From: Spirochaetia bacterium
GTDB lineage: Bacteria; Spirochaetota; Spirochaetia; UBA9216
Assembly (NCBI GenBank): GCA_963675665.1
Contig: OY776510.1
Coordinates: forward strand, 4,608,001-4,672,000
Reading direction: 5' to 3'
Length of the DNA: 64,000 nt
The translations under genes were made by a program, and so were the position numbers. The notes below the pieces were generated by a model. It was not told the origin of the DNA and made no database searches. It saw nothing but the letters and a program-made list of their open reading frames with translations. This document shows, piece after piece, positions 1 through 9,340 of the stretch (position 1 is its first letter; each line of letters starts with the position of its first letter).

Positions 1-783
1 TCTGCCGTCATCACCTGAAAGGGTAATTTTCCTTGATTGAATATTAACATCGATAATCTTGAAAAGCGTCCCGTTTATTGTAATTCTGTATCCTACAGCG
101 GGCAGTTTCTTTTTTTCTTCCCTGTAGAAATCATACTCATATGACAGGCAGCATAAGAGTCTGCCGCACGGACCAGAAATCTTCATGGAATTCAGCGAAA
201 GGTTCTGCTCCTTTGCCATCTTGATTGATACCGATTGCAGCCTGTCGGTTACATTATGACAACAGTACTGTCTTCCGCAAACGGCAACACCGCCCAGCAC
301 CCGCGATTCGTCGCGAACACCAATCTGTCGCAGTTCGATTCTCATCTTGAAAATCGACACGAGATCTTTAACCAGAGCACGAAAATCCACCCTTGCATCA
401 GCTGTAAAAAAGAAAAGAATTTTGGATTCTTCAGGCAGATAATGCGCTGAAACAAGTTTCATATCCAGTTTATGTTCGGCAACTTTCTTTCTGCATGTCG
501 CTACAGCTTCTTTCTCTTTTATAAGATTGGCCTCGTAGGTTTCAATATCCTTTTCAGTTGCGACACGAACGAAGGTCTGCTGTTCACCGTCATTCTTTGC
601 AGCAGCGCAGCATGTAGTGCCCAGTATTCTGGCCATATCCTTGCCGTACCGGCTGGAGACAACAACATAATCATCAGTTTTTAAATCATTGATGTCTTTG
701 ATCTCTACAATATGTGTTTCGCTCGAATGAAGCATTTTCACTCTGAACATATTTTGTACTGCTTCAGCAGTTGCATTATCCAT
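1..783 (-). CDS. ricT: PSP1-domain protein (RicT/YaaT family), 3' end runs off the window
   Basis: Not in the ORF track. Manual translation from ATG at 783 is open to base 1 and contains RVDFRALVKDL, IELRQIGVRDE, CGRQYCC and ISGPCGRLLCCLSYE, the PSP1 Cys motifs. Confidence 0.9.
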   Translation of the reverse strand, partial: MDNATAEAVQNMFRVKMLHSSETHIVEIKDINDLKTDDYVVVSSRYGKDMARILGTTCCAAAKNDGEQQTFVRVATEKDIETYEANLIKEKEAVATCRKKVAEHKLDMKLVSAHYLPEESKILFFFTADARVDFRALVKDLVSIFKMRIELRQIGVRDESRVLGGVAVCGRQYCCHNVTDRLQSVSIKMAKEQNLSLNSMKISGPCGRLLCCLSYEYDFYREEKKKLPAVGYRITINGTLFKIIDVNIQSRKITLSGDDGR

Positions 784-816
784 ATTAAAAGTAACTCCTA
801 TAAAAACATGGTAATC

Positions 817-875
817 TATGGTTGATCTCTAAAACCGGAGTTTTTATAAACCTGCAGTTTTTAGAGGTCTCCATA
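817..875. repeat. Imperfect intergenic palindrome (REP/MITE-like)
   Basis: Arms TATGG-TT-GATCTCTAAAAC and GTTTTTAGAGGTC-T-CCATA flank a ~20-nt spacer. Confidence 0.6.
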
Positions 876-902
876 TGTCGTCATCAGCAAGCCCGGGAAG
901 AC

Positions 903-1403
903 TCAGCTTATCAAATCAACGAGAAGACCGTTGATCTCCTCAACTTTAGCCAGAAGATTTAACTGGCGGCCCTGATTCATAAGGATTCCCGCTGCGAGCT
1001 TATCGAGTTTATCATCAATCACACTGATGAGTGTATACCTTTTCTGCTTATTGGAGGGTTTAAAACGGTTAAATTTCGCACCTTCAATAGATTCAACCTT
1101 CACAGCCTGCTCAAGAACATAGTGAATAAAATTTCTGACCGATTTTTTATATAATTCAATAGAGCCCAGGGTCTGACTCGACAGAAGATTTTCGCCCTGC
1201 TGATGAACATCATCCAGCAAATCTTCAAGATCAGAATCTTCATCAAATGATTCAATTCCCCTTACGGCACCGGCTGTTAGGGTTTCAGACTCAACAAATG
1301 TTTCAAAAACCGAAGGGGCAGAGTCATTTTTTTTGACAGTTTTTTTATCTTTATCTGATTTTCTGTATCTGTTACCCGGGTCAAGAGAACCTATTCTGTC
1401 CAC
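903..1403 (-). CDS. YaaR / DUF327 family protein
   Basis: YKKSVRNFI, IDDKLDKLA and C-terminal EEINGLLVDL pattern; next to the PSP1/yaaT gene. Confidence 0.8.
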   Translation of the reverse strand: MDRIGSLDPGNRYRKSDKDKKTVKKNDSAPSVFETFVESETLTAGAVRGIESFDEDSDLEDLLDDVHQQGENLLSSQTLGSIELYKKSVRNFIHYVLEQAVKVESIEGAKFNRFKPSNKQKRYTLISVIDDKLDKLAAGILMNQGRQLNLLAKVEEINGLLVDLIS

Positions 1404-1837
1404 GACGGAACCGTCTCCATCTCCCGCGTTATTTCTTCTGAAGCAGCAAACGGCGTACTGAAACGGGCGGTTTTTGTTACCGGCTCGGGCTTTTCATCGG
1501 AGACAACACAGCTACCGTTAAAAATAACTCCGTCTTCAACAAGCAGACGCGGAGAGGTGATATTGCCTATAAGCATTCCGGTAGATAAAATAACCACCTT
1601 CTCGGAAGCCTTGATGTTTCCCTTTAGAATACCCCCGATTACAATTGTTCCGGCTGTAATTGAAGCTTCAGCTCTTCCGCTTTTACCGACGAGGACTTTT
1701 CCCCCGTTACTGATCGTACCTTTAAAATCTCCGTCTATTCTGAGCAGACCATTAATATTCAGATCGCCTGTTACCAGGCTGCCCTCACCTATAAGCGAAT
1801 TTATAAATGTCCCTTCTTCGGAAAGATAATTACTCAT
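1391..1837 (-). CDS. Bactofilin (polymer-forming cytoskeletal protein)
   Basis: NSLIGEG...GDL...LRIDG.F.G, GNI...L.VEDGVIFNG beta-helix pattern; downstream of an M23 gene. Confidence 0.9.
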   Translation of the reverse strand: MSNYLSEEGTFINSLIGEGSLVTGDLNINGLLRIDGDFKGTISNGGKVLVGKSGRAEASITAGTIVIGGILKGNIKASEKVVILSTGMLIGNITSPRLLVEDGVIFNGSCVVSDEKPEPVTKTARFSTPFAASEEITREMETVPSWTE

Positions 1838-1864
1838 TTTCGAACCCTTGTTTAAATCGAATTA

Positions 1865-2878
1865 TCAGTGTTTTCTTACATTAAGAAATTTTTCAGGGTC
1901 CACAACCTGTGAACCGATTCTAATTTCAAAGTGAAGATGCGGACCGGTAGACATACCGGTGCTGCCCATTGCTCCTACTACCTGGCCCTGGGTCACAACA
2001 TCTCCTTCATCGACGTAAACATCATTCAAATGTGCATACTTTGTAAGAAAACCGTAATTATGTCTTATAATAAAATAATTTCCGAACCCCAGCGGTTCAT
2101 AACCTCTTTCGACTACCTTGCCGTTTGCAGCAGCCAGAATCGGCTTGCCGAAACCGTAACCTATATCAATTCCCTTATGAAGATACCATGCGTGCGTAAA
2201 AGGATGTTCCGCGGGACCGAAATAATTTGTTATGCGGCCGTCTCCGCCGTCAACCGGCCACAGGGTCGGCATCTCGACAAGCAGGTCGCCCTGCGAATTA
2301 ATCAACTCGGTAATTTTACTGAACGATTCAACTGAATCTTCAAGATAGGCTGCAAGGTTTTGAAGTTCGCTTATCTCGCGCATTACTCCGGCTTCGGTTT
2401 CATTGGCGGAAATCAATGAAGAAAAATCACCGTCGGCAACGGTAGCCTGAATGTCCCGTTCATTGCTGATGTTCAGCGTTTTCATTGCATTATCAAGTGA
2501 TATCTCAAAATTTCTTGAAGCTCTCCTGAGTTCGGATACCTTGTCGAGGAGAAGATCAAGATTCTTTTCCGACTGCTCAAGTTCCGAGCTTTTATCCGTC
2601 AGTTGCTGCGAAACCCCCGACATTCTTGTTGTGTATATAAAAAAGGTACCGAGTACGGCAACCGTAATAATAAATATAAAGACAAGGGAAAAAACAGATA
2701 TTCTGAAATTAACGACCTTTTTTTCTGAGTGAGGTATCAGCATAATTGTAAATTTCTGACGGCCGCTGTTAAAGAAGACGGAGACGGTATTTGCCATACC
2801 GCTGAAAAGCTTTCTGAATGCTCTGCTTAGATTCTCAACAAGTTTATTTTCAAGTTTTTTATATCGTTCTGCTGACAA
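1865..2878 (-). CDS. Membrane-anchored M23 family metallopeptidase
   Basis: TM segment, coiled coil, HKGID, YAHL, STGPHLHFE motifs; TTG start with GGAGGAG RBS. Confidence 0.92.
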   Translation of the reverse strand: MSAERYKKLENKLVENLSRAFRKLFSGMANTVSVFFNSGRQKFTIMLIPHSEKKVVNFRISVFSLVFIFIITVAVLGTFFIYTTRMSGVSQQLTDKSSELEQSEKNLDLLLDKVSELRRASRNFEISLDNAMKTLNISNERDIQATVADGDFSSLISANETEAGVMREISELQNLAAYLEDSVESFSKITELINSQGDLLVEMPTLWPVDGGDGRITNYFGPAEHPFTHAWYLHKGIDIGYGFGKPILAAANGKVVERGYEPLGFGNYFIIRHNYGFLTKYAHLNDVYVDEGDVVTQGQVVGAMGSTGMSTGPHLHFEIRIGSQVVDPEKFLNVRKH

Positions 2879-2895
2879 ACCCTACTCCTCCGGTT

Positions 2896-2924
2896 ATTAT
2901 ATGGGATATTCCTTTTCATAGCAA
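2896..2924 (-). promoter_or_regulatory. sigma70-type promoter for the M23-bactofilin operon
   Basis: TTGCTA-N17-TATAAT just upstream of the RBS. Confidence 0.7.
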
Positions 2925-3044
2925 GAGAATATCGATAAAAACATTTAGCAAATAATCATTGACTGCATTGACTGTACGTGATAATTTTAAGTGGTCGAAT
3001 TGAAGTAAGTATCTAACGAAACAACAAATAAAGCAGGAAATCAT

Positions 3045-3818
3045 ATGAAACTTTTTGATACTCATGCGCATATAGGGCTTATTCATGAAGATCCTATTGA
3101 ACAGCTTATTATTACGCAGGAAGCCAGGCAGTCTGATGTAGAGCATATTATCAGTATCTGCAACAGTCTCGGAGACTTTGATTATGTTTATTCCAATCTT
3201 GAAACCGCTAGTCATATATATCATAGTATCGGCGTTTCTCCCTCGGAAGTTCAGAATCCGGGCGTAGATTGGGAAATGAAAATTATTGAAGGGACAAATC
3301 TCGACCGTGTTGTCGCCGTAGGCGAGATAGGGCTGGATTATTATCGCAAATTCGGAAACAGGGATTCCCAGGTTGAGCTTTTTATCCGCCAGCTGGAGCT
3401 GGCCGACAAGCTTGATAAACCTGTAATAATTCATAATCGAGAAGCCGGAGAGGATGTGCTCAGTATCCTGAGCGAGAAACTGCCGTCACGCGGAGGAATT
3501 CTCCATTGCTATTCCGAGAACTGGGAATATGCGCAGAAAGCGCTTGATCTGAATCTGTATATTTCTTTTGCCGGAAATGTAACCTACAGAAATGCGCGTA
3601 ATCTGCACGAAACTGCGGTAAATATGCCGCTTGACCGGATGCTTATTGAATCTGAAAGCCCGTTCATGGTTCCTTCCGCCTACCGCGGGAAAAGAAACAA
3701 ACCGGCATATCTGCATGCAACAGCCGAATTTCTGGCTGATCTCAGGGGTATAGATCTGGAAGAGCTTACTGAAACCCTGTATAACAACTCCATGAATTTT
3801 TTCGGAATAACCGATTGA
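3045..3818 (+). CDS. tatD: TatD family deoxyribonuclease
   Basis: DTHAH, VGEIGLDY, PVIIHNREA, LHCYS; ESESPF variant of ETDSP. Confidence 0.92.
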   Translation: MKLFDTHAHIGLIHEDPIEQLIITQEARQSDVEHIISICNSLGDFDYVYSNLETASHIYHSIGVSPSEVQNPGVDWEMKIIEGTNLDRVVAVGEIGLDYYRKFGNRDSQVELFIRQLELADKLDKPVIIHNREAGEDVLSILSEKLPSRGGILHCYSENWEYAQKALDLNLYISFAGNVTYRNARNLHETAVNMPLDRMLIESESPFMVPSAYRGKRNKPAYLHATAEFLADLRGIDLEELTETLYNNSMNFFGITD

Positions 3819-3825
3819 AAAGCTG

Positions 3826-4815
3826 ATGAACGGCTTTTTTCATGAAATTGAACTGCCCGGGGGTAAAATCCCGGGCAATATTTTTTTAGCCCCGGTCGCA
3901 GGTTTTTCAGATGCGGCATTCAGAAGCATATGTACCGAAACCGGTGCTTCGATGTGCTTTACCGAAATGGTTTCATGCGACGGGATTTTCTATAACGGAG
4001 AAAAAACCATCGCTCTGATGCAAAAAGCCGCAAACGAAAAACATTTTGCAGTTCAGGTATTTACATCTGATCCTGAAATGGCTCTGAAGACTGTTCCGGC
4101 CGTCTTTGAGTTTTCACCGGACGTAATTGACCTGAACTGCGGCTGCCCGGTTCCGAAGGTTGTAAAAAACGGCGCCGGTTCAGCGCTGATGAAAGATATC
4201 CCCAGGCTTAAAGAGATTGTAGCTGCGCTGTACGAAGGCGCATCAAAAGCGTCTTGTCAGCCGGCAGTCTCGGTTAAGATCCGATCCGGCTGGGACAACG
4301 GCAGCATAAATTATATAGAAGCCGCACTGGCTGCTGTTGATGCCGGAGCATCGATGATCAGCCTTCACGCACGCACCCGCGCACAGGGATACTCAGGCAG
4401 GGCGGACTGGAACCACATTAAAAAGCTTAAAGAAACTGTTCCGGTTCCGGTTATAGGTTCCGGAGACCTCTTTTCAGCGGAAGCCGCGCTTGCAATGTTT
4501 GAACAGACAAACTGCGACGGCATTATGTTTTCTCGCGGGGCCCTCGGCAACCCGTGGATATTCGAACAAACCCGGTATCTGCTTGAAACCGGGCGGGCCC
4601 TCCCGAAAATCGCCGACAGGAACAGAATATCGATCGCACTCAGGCATCTTCGGCTTGCAGTTGATTTTCACGGTGAAACAAGGGCCTGCAAAGAGATGAA
4701 AAAGCACCTGTGCTCATACACAAAAGGCACTGAAGGGGCAGCAACGCTCCGCAACAGGATTGTACACGCCTCTACCCTGGCCGAATATGAGGAAATACTC
4801 AAAACAGCCGGATAA
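3826..4815 (+). CDS. dusB: tRNA-dihydrouridine synthase DusB
   Basis: LAPVAG, DLNCGCPVPKV, GAGSALM, SVKIRSGWD, LHARTRAQGYSG. Confidence 0.92.
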   Translation: MNGFFHEIELPGGKIPGNIFLAPVAGFSDAAFRSICTETGASMCFTEMVSCDGIFYNGEKTIALMQKAANEKHFAVQVFTSDPEMALKTVPAVFEFSPDVIDLNCGCPVPKVVKNGAGSALMKDIPRLKEIVAALYEGASKASCQPAVSVKIRSGWDNGSINYIEAALAAVDAGASMISLHARTRAQGYSGRADWNHIKKLKETVPVPVIGSGDLFSAEAALAMFEQTNCDGIMFSRGALGNPWIFEQTRYLLETGRALPKIADRNRISIALRHLRLAVDFHGETRACKEMKKHLCSYTKGTEGAATLRNRIVHASTLAEYEEILKTAG

Positions 4816-4985
4816 TCCGGCAAAAGGTGAAATAACCGATTATCTTCAGACATATGGGTATAAAAGATTTTAATAATTGGAAATTTCAATTTCCAATTAT
4901 CCATAAAACATTAATCCATGAAGTATTTGCGTCAGCAAATACTTCATAAGGTACAGGTGAAATAACCAATTTCACCTGTACCTTA
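4807..4985. repeat. Cluster of perfect hairpins between dusB and purF
   Basis: GCCGGAT-A-ATCCGGC (4807-4821); 12-bp stem 4873-4900; 13-bp stem 4918-4947; 17-bp stem 4947-4985; direct repeat AGGTGAAATAACC at 4825 and 4955. Confidence 0.85.
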
Positions 4986-5020
4986 CTTTACAAGAACGCC
5001 GCGTTTTGATAATTTTTCAT

Positions 5021-6403
5021 GTGGACGAATCAAACGACAATCTTAAACATCATTGCGGAGTAGCGGGTTTTTATTCCGCAGAACCGTCGAATCTTCCTGA
5101 AAAACTGTTTTACAGTCTTTTCTCACTTCAGCACCGAGGCCAGGAGAGCGCCGGAATATCTTATCGCGAAAAAGGGAAAACCGTTACCTACAAGGATCTC
5201 GGCATGGTATCAACGGTTTTATCAAGATATCTTACGATTCAACGTATGGCAAACGCCGGAATCGGGCATGTCCGTTATTCAACCCGCGGCGGAAACAGGC
5301 TTGAAAACGCTCAGCCCATAGCTGTTACCTGTAACAAGGGTGATATTGCCCTTGCGCACAACGGAAATATATCGAACGCGGCAAAACTTCATGAAGAGCT
5401 GACCGAGGCCGGCTCGATTTTTCAATCGAGCTCCGATACCGAGCTGATACTGCATATGATATCGCTCAGCCGTAAACCAGATTTTTTCGAGGCATTCAGG
5501 GAAACTCTGGAGAGGCTTGAAGGCGCATTCAGCATGGTTCTGATACACGACGAAAGCCTGATTGTTGTACGTGACCCGCACGGATTCAGACCGCTTTATA
5601 TAGGAACAGCAGACGGCATAACAGCTGCAGCTTCTGAAACATGCGCACTTGAAACGCTTAATATCACTGATTACCGCCAGGTTGAACCCGGCGAAATAAT
5701 AGTCATAGACTCCGAAGGACAGCGAAGCACCTTTCTGCCTGCTTCGGGCAGAATAAGCCAGTGTATTTTTGAACTAATCTATTTTGCCCGGCCTGATTCC
5801 AGGGTTTTTGACGAATCAGTACACGGCACCAGGAAAAGAATGGGCGCTGCGCTTTGGGAATGTGATCCCGTTGAAGGCGATATAGTCATTCCGGTGCCTG
5901 ATTCCGGTAATAACGCTGCTATCGGGTACGCAAAAGCCTCCGGCATTCCCTTTGATCACGGCCTGACCAGAAATCACTATGCCGGTCGATCGTTTATAAT
6001 GCCGACGACGGCTCAGCGCGAACTTGCCGTCAGAATGAAACTTCATCCCATACGCGAAACAATAGCCGGAAAAAAAATAATACTGGTAGACGACTCCCTT
6101 GTAAGAGGGACAACCAGCAGGATACTGGTCAAAATGCTCAAGGATGCCGGGGCGGCGGAAGTACATCTGAGACTTTCTTCTCCGGAACTGAAATGGCCCT
6201 GTTTTTTCGGAATCGACATTCCGACGAGAGAAGAACTTATTTCCAACAGCAAAACACCCGAGCAGATAGCTGAATATATAGGAGCCGATTCTGTAATGTT
6301 TCTACCTTCAGAGCAGCTAAAAAAATGCGTAAAAACTCCCGGTGACTACTGTTATGCATGTTTTTGCGGGGATTATCCTTATGACAGGCTTTCATCCGTG
6401 TAA
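5021..6403 (+). CDS. purF: Amidophosphoribosyltransferase (Fe-S type with propeptide)
   Basis: CG after an 11-aa propeptide if started at GTG 5021 (ORF open from TTG 5006); LQHRGQESAG, VDDSLVRGTT, CYAC. Confidence 0.95.
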   Translation: MDESNDNLKHHCGVAGFYSAEPSNLPEKLFYSLFSLQHRGQESAGISYREKGKTVTYKDLGMVSTVLSRYLTIQRMANAGIGHVRYSTRGGNRLENAQPIAVTCNKGDIALAHNGNISNAAKLHEELTEAGSIFQSSSDTELILHMISLSRKPDFFEAFRETLERLEGAFSMVLIHDESLIVVRDPHGFRPLYIGTADGITAAASETCALETLNITDYRQVEPGEIIVIDSEGQRSTFLPASGRISQCIFELIYFARPDSRVFDESVHGTRKRMGAALWECDPVEGDIVIPVPDSGNNAAIGYAKASGIPFDHGLTRNHYAGRSFIMPTTAQRELAVRMKLHPIRETIAGKKIILVDDSLVRGTTSRILVKMLKDAGAAEVHLRLSSPELKWPCFFGIDIPTREELISNSKTPEQIAEYIGADSVMFLPSEQLKKCVKTPGDYCYACFCGDYPYDRLSSV

Positions 6404-6435
6404 TCCTGTCATTCAGCAACTGCCCTCCATGGCAG
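6381..6435 (+). repeat. Hairpin module over the purF stop (TCCG- and TCCA-loop hairpins)
   Basis: ATGACAGG-ctttCA-TCCG-TGtaat-CCTGTCAT, then CTGCC-c-TCCA-t-GGCAG. Confidence 0.7.
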
Positions 6436-6459
6436 AGATTTTCTAAAAGGAGAAAAATA

Positions 6460-7416
6460 ATGGATATCAAATCATACTCTGAAGCAGGGGTCGATATTGA
6501 AAAAGGCGACCGCTTTGCTTCATATATATCATCGATAAAATCCCCTGCTGTTTCGAACACCATAGGCGGGTTTGCCGGAGGTGTTGAGCTGGATATGAGC
6601 GGTTTTAAGAAACCGATTCTGTTGTCGGCAACAGACGGCGTCGGCACCAAACTTATTGTCGCCCAGAAACTGAAAAAATATGATACTTTAGGCATTGATC
6701 TTACCGCTATGTGCGTAAACGACCTTGCCGTCTGCGGCGCATGGCCGCTGAGCTTTCTTGACTATATAGGCTGCGGCAGCCTTAATGAAAACATAATGAA
6801 GGAAGTAATTAAAGGAATCGTCGACGGCTGTGAACAGGCTGAATGCATCCTGGCGGGCGGCGAAACCGCCGAGATGCCCGACATGTACGAAGGAGACGAC
6901 TTTGATCTGGCGGGCTTCTGCGTCGGAATTGTTGAAAAATCCGAAATGCTTCCGTTCACCGACAGGATAAAATCCGGAGATATCATTCTGGGCCTGCCGT
7001 CCTCAGGAATTCATTCAAACGGTCTGTCGCTTGCCCGCAAGGTTATTCCCGATACCGACAAGGCGTTGATGAACATGCTGCTTACACCCACAATTATTTA
7101 CGTCAGGGCCCTTAAAAGCCTGTTGTCAACCGGAAAAATACTCTCGGCGGCACATATTACCGGAGGCGGTCTTGAGAGCAACCTGAAACGGGTCCTTCCC
7201 GGCAGTCTTGAACCCGAGTTCAATTACAGCTGGCGCGTTCCGGAAATTTTTGATGTAATCAGAAAAAAAGGCGGTATAGATGATGCCGAAATGCGAAAAG
7301 TCTTCAATATGGGTATCGGAATTGCGATGATAGTACACCCTGAAGATGTTGACGCTGTTCTGTCACAGGCTGCTGTTTCAGAAATTAATATCTTTGAAGC
7401 AGGAAGGCTTTCTTAA
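6460..7416 (+). CDS. purM: Phosphoribosylformylglycinamidine cyclo-ligase (AIR synthetase)
   Basis: YSEAGVDI, TDGVGTK, GGETAEMP, SSGIHSNG, HITGGG, FNMGIG. Confidence 0.97.
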   Translation: MDIKSYSEAGVDIEKGDRFASYISSIKSPAVSNTIGGFAGGVELDMSGFKKPILLSATDGVGTKLIVAQKLKKYDTLGIDLTAMCVNDLAVCGAWPLSFLDYIGCGSLNENIMKEVIKGIVDGCEQAECILAGGETAEMPDMYEGDDFDLAGFCVGIVEKSEMLPFTDRIKSGDIILGLPSSGIHSNGLSLARKVIPDTDKALMNMLLTPTIIYVRALKSLLSTGKILSAAHITGGGLESNLKRVLPGSLEPEFNYSWRVPEIFDVIRKKGGIDDAEMRKVFNMGIGIAMIVHPEDVDAVLSQAAVSEINIFEAGRLS

Positions 7417-8000
7417 TGGCCAGACTTGCGGTTCTTGCCTCGGGAAGCGGTTCCAACTTTGAAGCAATAGCGGAAAAGATCTCCGGTTCAGAACATGAGA
7501 TTTGCTGCCTTGTCTGTGATAAAAAAGACGCGTACGCATTTAAAAGAGCTGAAAGATTCGGTATTAAATCACATTTTGTATCATATCCCGGACGGAAACG
7601 AGAAGATACCGAAAAAGAGATAACTGAAATCCTTGAAGCTGCCGGGACAGATCTTGTTGCCCTTGCCGGCTTTATGCGGCTTCTTACCCCGCAGCTTATT
7701 GATCATTTTCCGGGAAAAATTATCAACATTCACCCGTCACTGCTGCCCAAATACCCCGGAAAACACGGCATTTTAGACAGTTACAACTCCGAAGACACAG
7801 AACTGGGCATCACAATTCACAGGGTTGATTACGGTCTTGACACTGGGCCGATAATTATGCAAAAGTCTTTTAAAAGATGCGGAAAGGAAAGCATTGAGGA
7901 AATAGAATCAATGATTCACCAGCTTGAGCATCAAAGCTATCCTGATGTATTGCTGGAAATCCTTGGCGAAATTGATAATTTTCCTGATAGTTATAATTAG
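7416..8000 (+). CDS. purN: Phosphoribosylglycinamide formyltransferase
   Basis: SGSGSNFEAI, LAGFMRLL, NIHPSLLP, DTGPII; TAATG coupling to purM. Confidence 0.96.
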   Translation: MARLAVLASGSGSNFEAIAEKISGSEHEICCLVCDKKDAYAFKRAERFGIKSHFVSYPGRKREDTEKEITEILEAAGTDLVALAGFMRLLTPQLIDHFPGKIINIHPSLLPKYPGKHGILDSYNSEDTELGITIHRVDYGLDTGPIIMQKSFKRCGKESIEEIESMIHQLEHQSYPDVLLEILGEIDNFPDSYN

Positions 8001-8083
8001 CAGCCGCCAGGTTACTTGGAAAGCTCATTTAGCAAATATAAAATTTTTAAATATTATAATATTTTCATCACTGGAGGATTTTT

Positions 8084-9340
8084 TTGAAAGTTCTTATACT
8101 TGGATCAGGAGCCAGGGAACATGCCATCACCTGGAAATATTCAAAGAGTAAACGGATAACAGGTTTATATATTGCTCCCGGTAATGCCGGAACCGATGAA
8201 TTGGGAGTTAACCTGCCTGACGTTAATCCTGAAAATTCTGAACAGGTCATCAATGCCTGCACAAAATATAATATTTCCCACGTCTTTGTCGGCCCCGAAG
8301 CGCCGCTAGCCGCCGGCATAGTTGATGAATTGAATAAAGCCGGCATCCCTGCAATAGGGCCCCATAAAGCTGCTGCAAGGCTTGAGGGAAGCAAGATTTT
8401 CTCCAAGAATTTTATGAATAAGCATAACATCCCCACAGCAGAAGCCGTAATTTTTGATAAATCCGAGAAATTTGAAAAACACATCAGAAACCAGTCGGGT
8501 CCTGTTGTAATAAAAAAAGACGGCCTGGCCGCGGGTAAGGGCGTTCTTGTATCGGAAGATACTGAAGAACTTGCAGCTTTCGGAAAAGAAATTCTTAAAG
8601 ACGACAGCCTTCTCGTGGAAAAATGCCTTCAGGGCTATGAAGTGTCCATTTTCACTCTTACGGACGGTAAAAATTATAAACTGCTTCCTGTATGCGCTGA
8701 TTTCAAACGCGCCGGAGAAGGCGATACCGGTTTGAATACCGGAGGGATGGGCGCCATCTGCCCGGTCCCCTTTGTAAGCTCTTCAATACTTAACGGAATC
8801 GAAAACAAAATTGTAAAACCGACTTTTGCAGGAATGGAAAAAGATAAACTGAGCTTTATCGGTGTTCTCTATTTCGGAATAATGATGACTGTTGAAGGCC
8901 CGATGCTTCTTGAATATAATGTCCGCTTCGGAGATCCTGAAGCCCAGGTACTGATACCGCTGATAGACTCGGACTTCGGCAATGTTACCGAAGCAATGCT
9001 TAATCAGAACCTTGATGAATACAACCCCAGGGTATCGAACAATTCAGCCCTCGGCGTTGTTGTTGCGGCTGCAGGGTACCCTGCAGGTTATAAAAAAGGT
9101 ATTCCCGTAAAGCCCATCCCCTCCTACCCTGAAAAGGATGCATTAATCTTTCATGCTTCGACCATGGAAGATGAAAACGGAAGACTGCTTACAAACGGAG
9201 GAAGATGTTTTACCTGCGTAGGAATAGGCTCGAACAGCCTGAAAGCAAATGCAAGAGCTTACGAGGCCGTCAAGGGAATTAATTTTGAAGGAGCCTGGTA
9301 CAGGCGGGATATCGGTAAGAAATTCTTTACTAATGAGTAA
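8084..9340 (+). CDS. purD: Phosphoribosylamine--glycine ligase
   Basis: GSGAREHA, VGPEAPL, GLAAGKGV, NTGGMGA, EYNVRFGDPE; TTG start with GGAGG RBS. Confidence 0.97.
   Translation: MKVLILGSGAREHAITWKYSKSKRITGLYIAPGNAGTDELGVNLPDVNPENSEQVINACTKYNISHVFVGPEAPLAAGIVDELNKAGIPAIGPHKAAARLEGSKIFSKNFMNKHNIPTAEAVIFDKSEKFEKHIRNQSGPVVIKKDGLAAGKGVLVSEDTEELAAFGKEILKDDSLLVEKCLQGYEVSIFTLTDGKNYKLLPVCADFKRAGEGDTGLNTGGMGAICPVPFVSSSILNGIENKIVKPTFAGMEKDKLSFIGVLYFGIMMTVEGPMLLEYNVRFGDPEAQVLIPLIDSDFGNVTEAMLNQNLDEYNPRVSNNSALGVVVAAAGYPAGYKKGIPVKPIPSYPEKDALIFHASTMEDENGRLLTNGGRCFTCVGIGSNSLKANARAYEAVKGINFEGAWYRRDIGKKFFTNE

Noticed and set aside
824-869. GTTTTTAGAG resembling a type II CRISPR repeat start
   Set aside because: Single inverted pair, no repeat-spacer array, no cas genes
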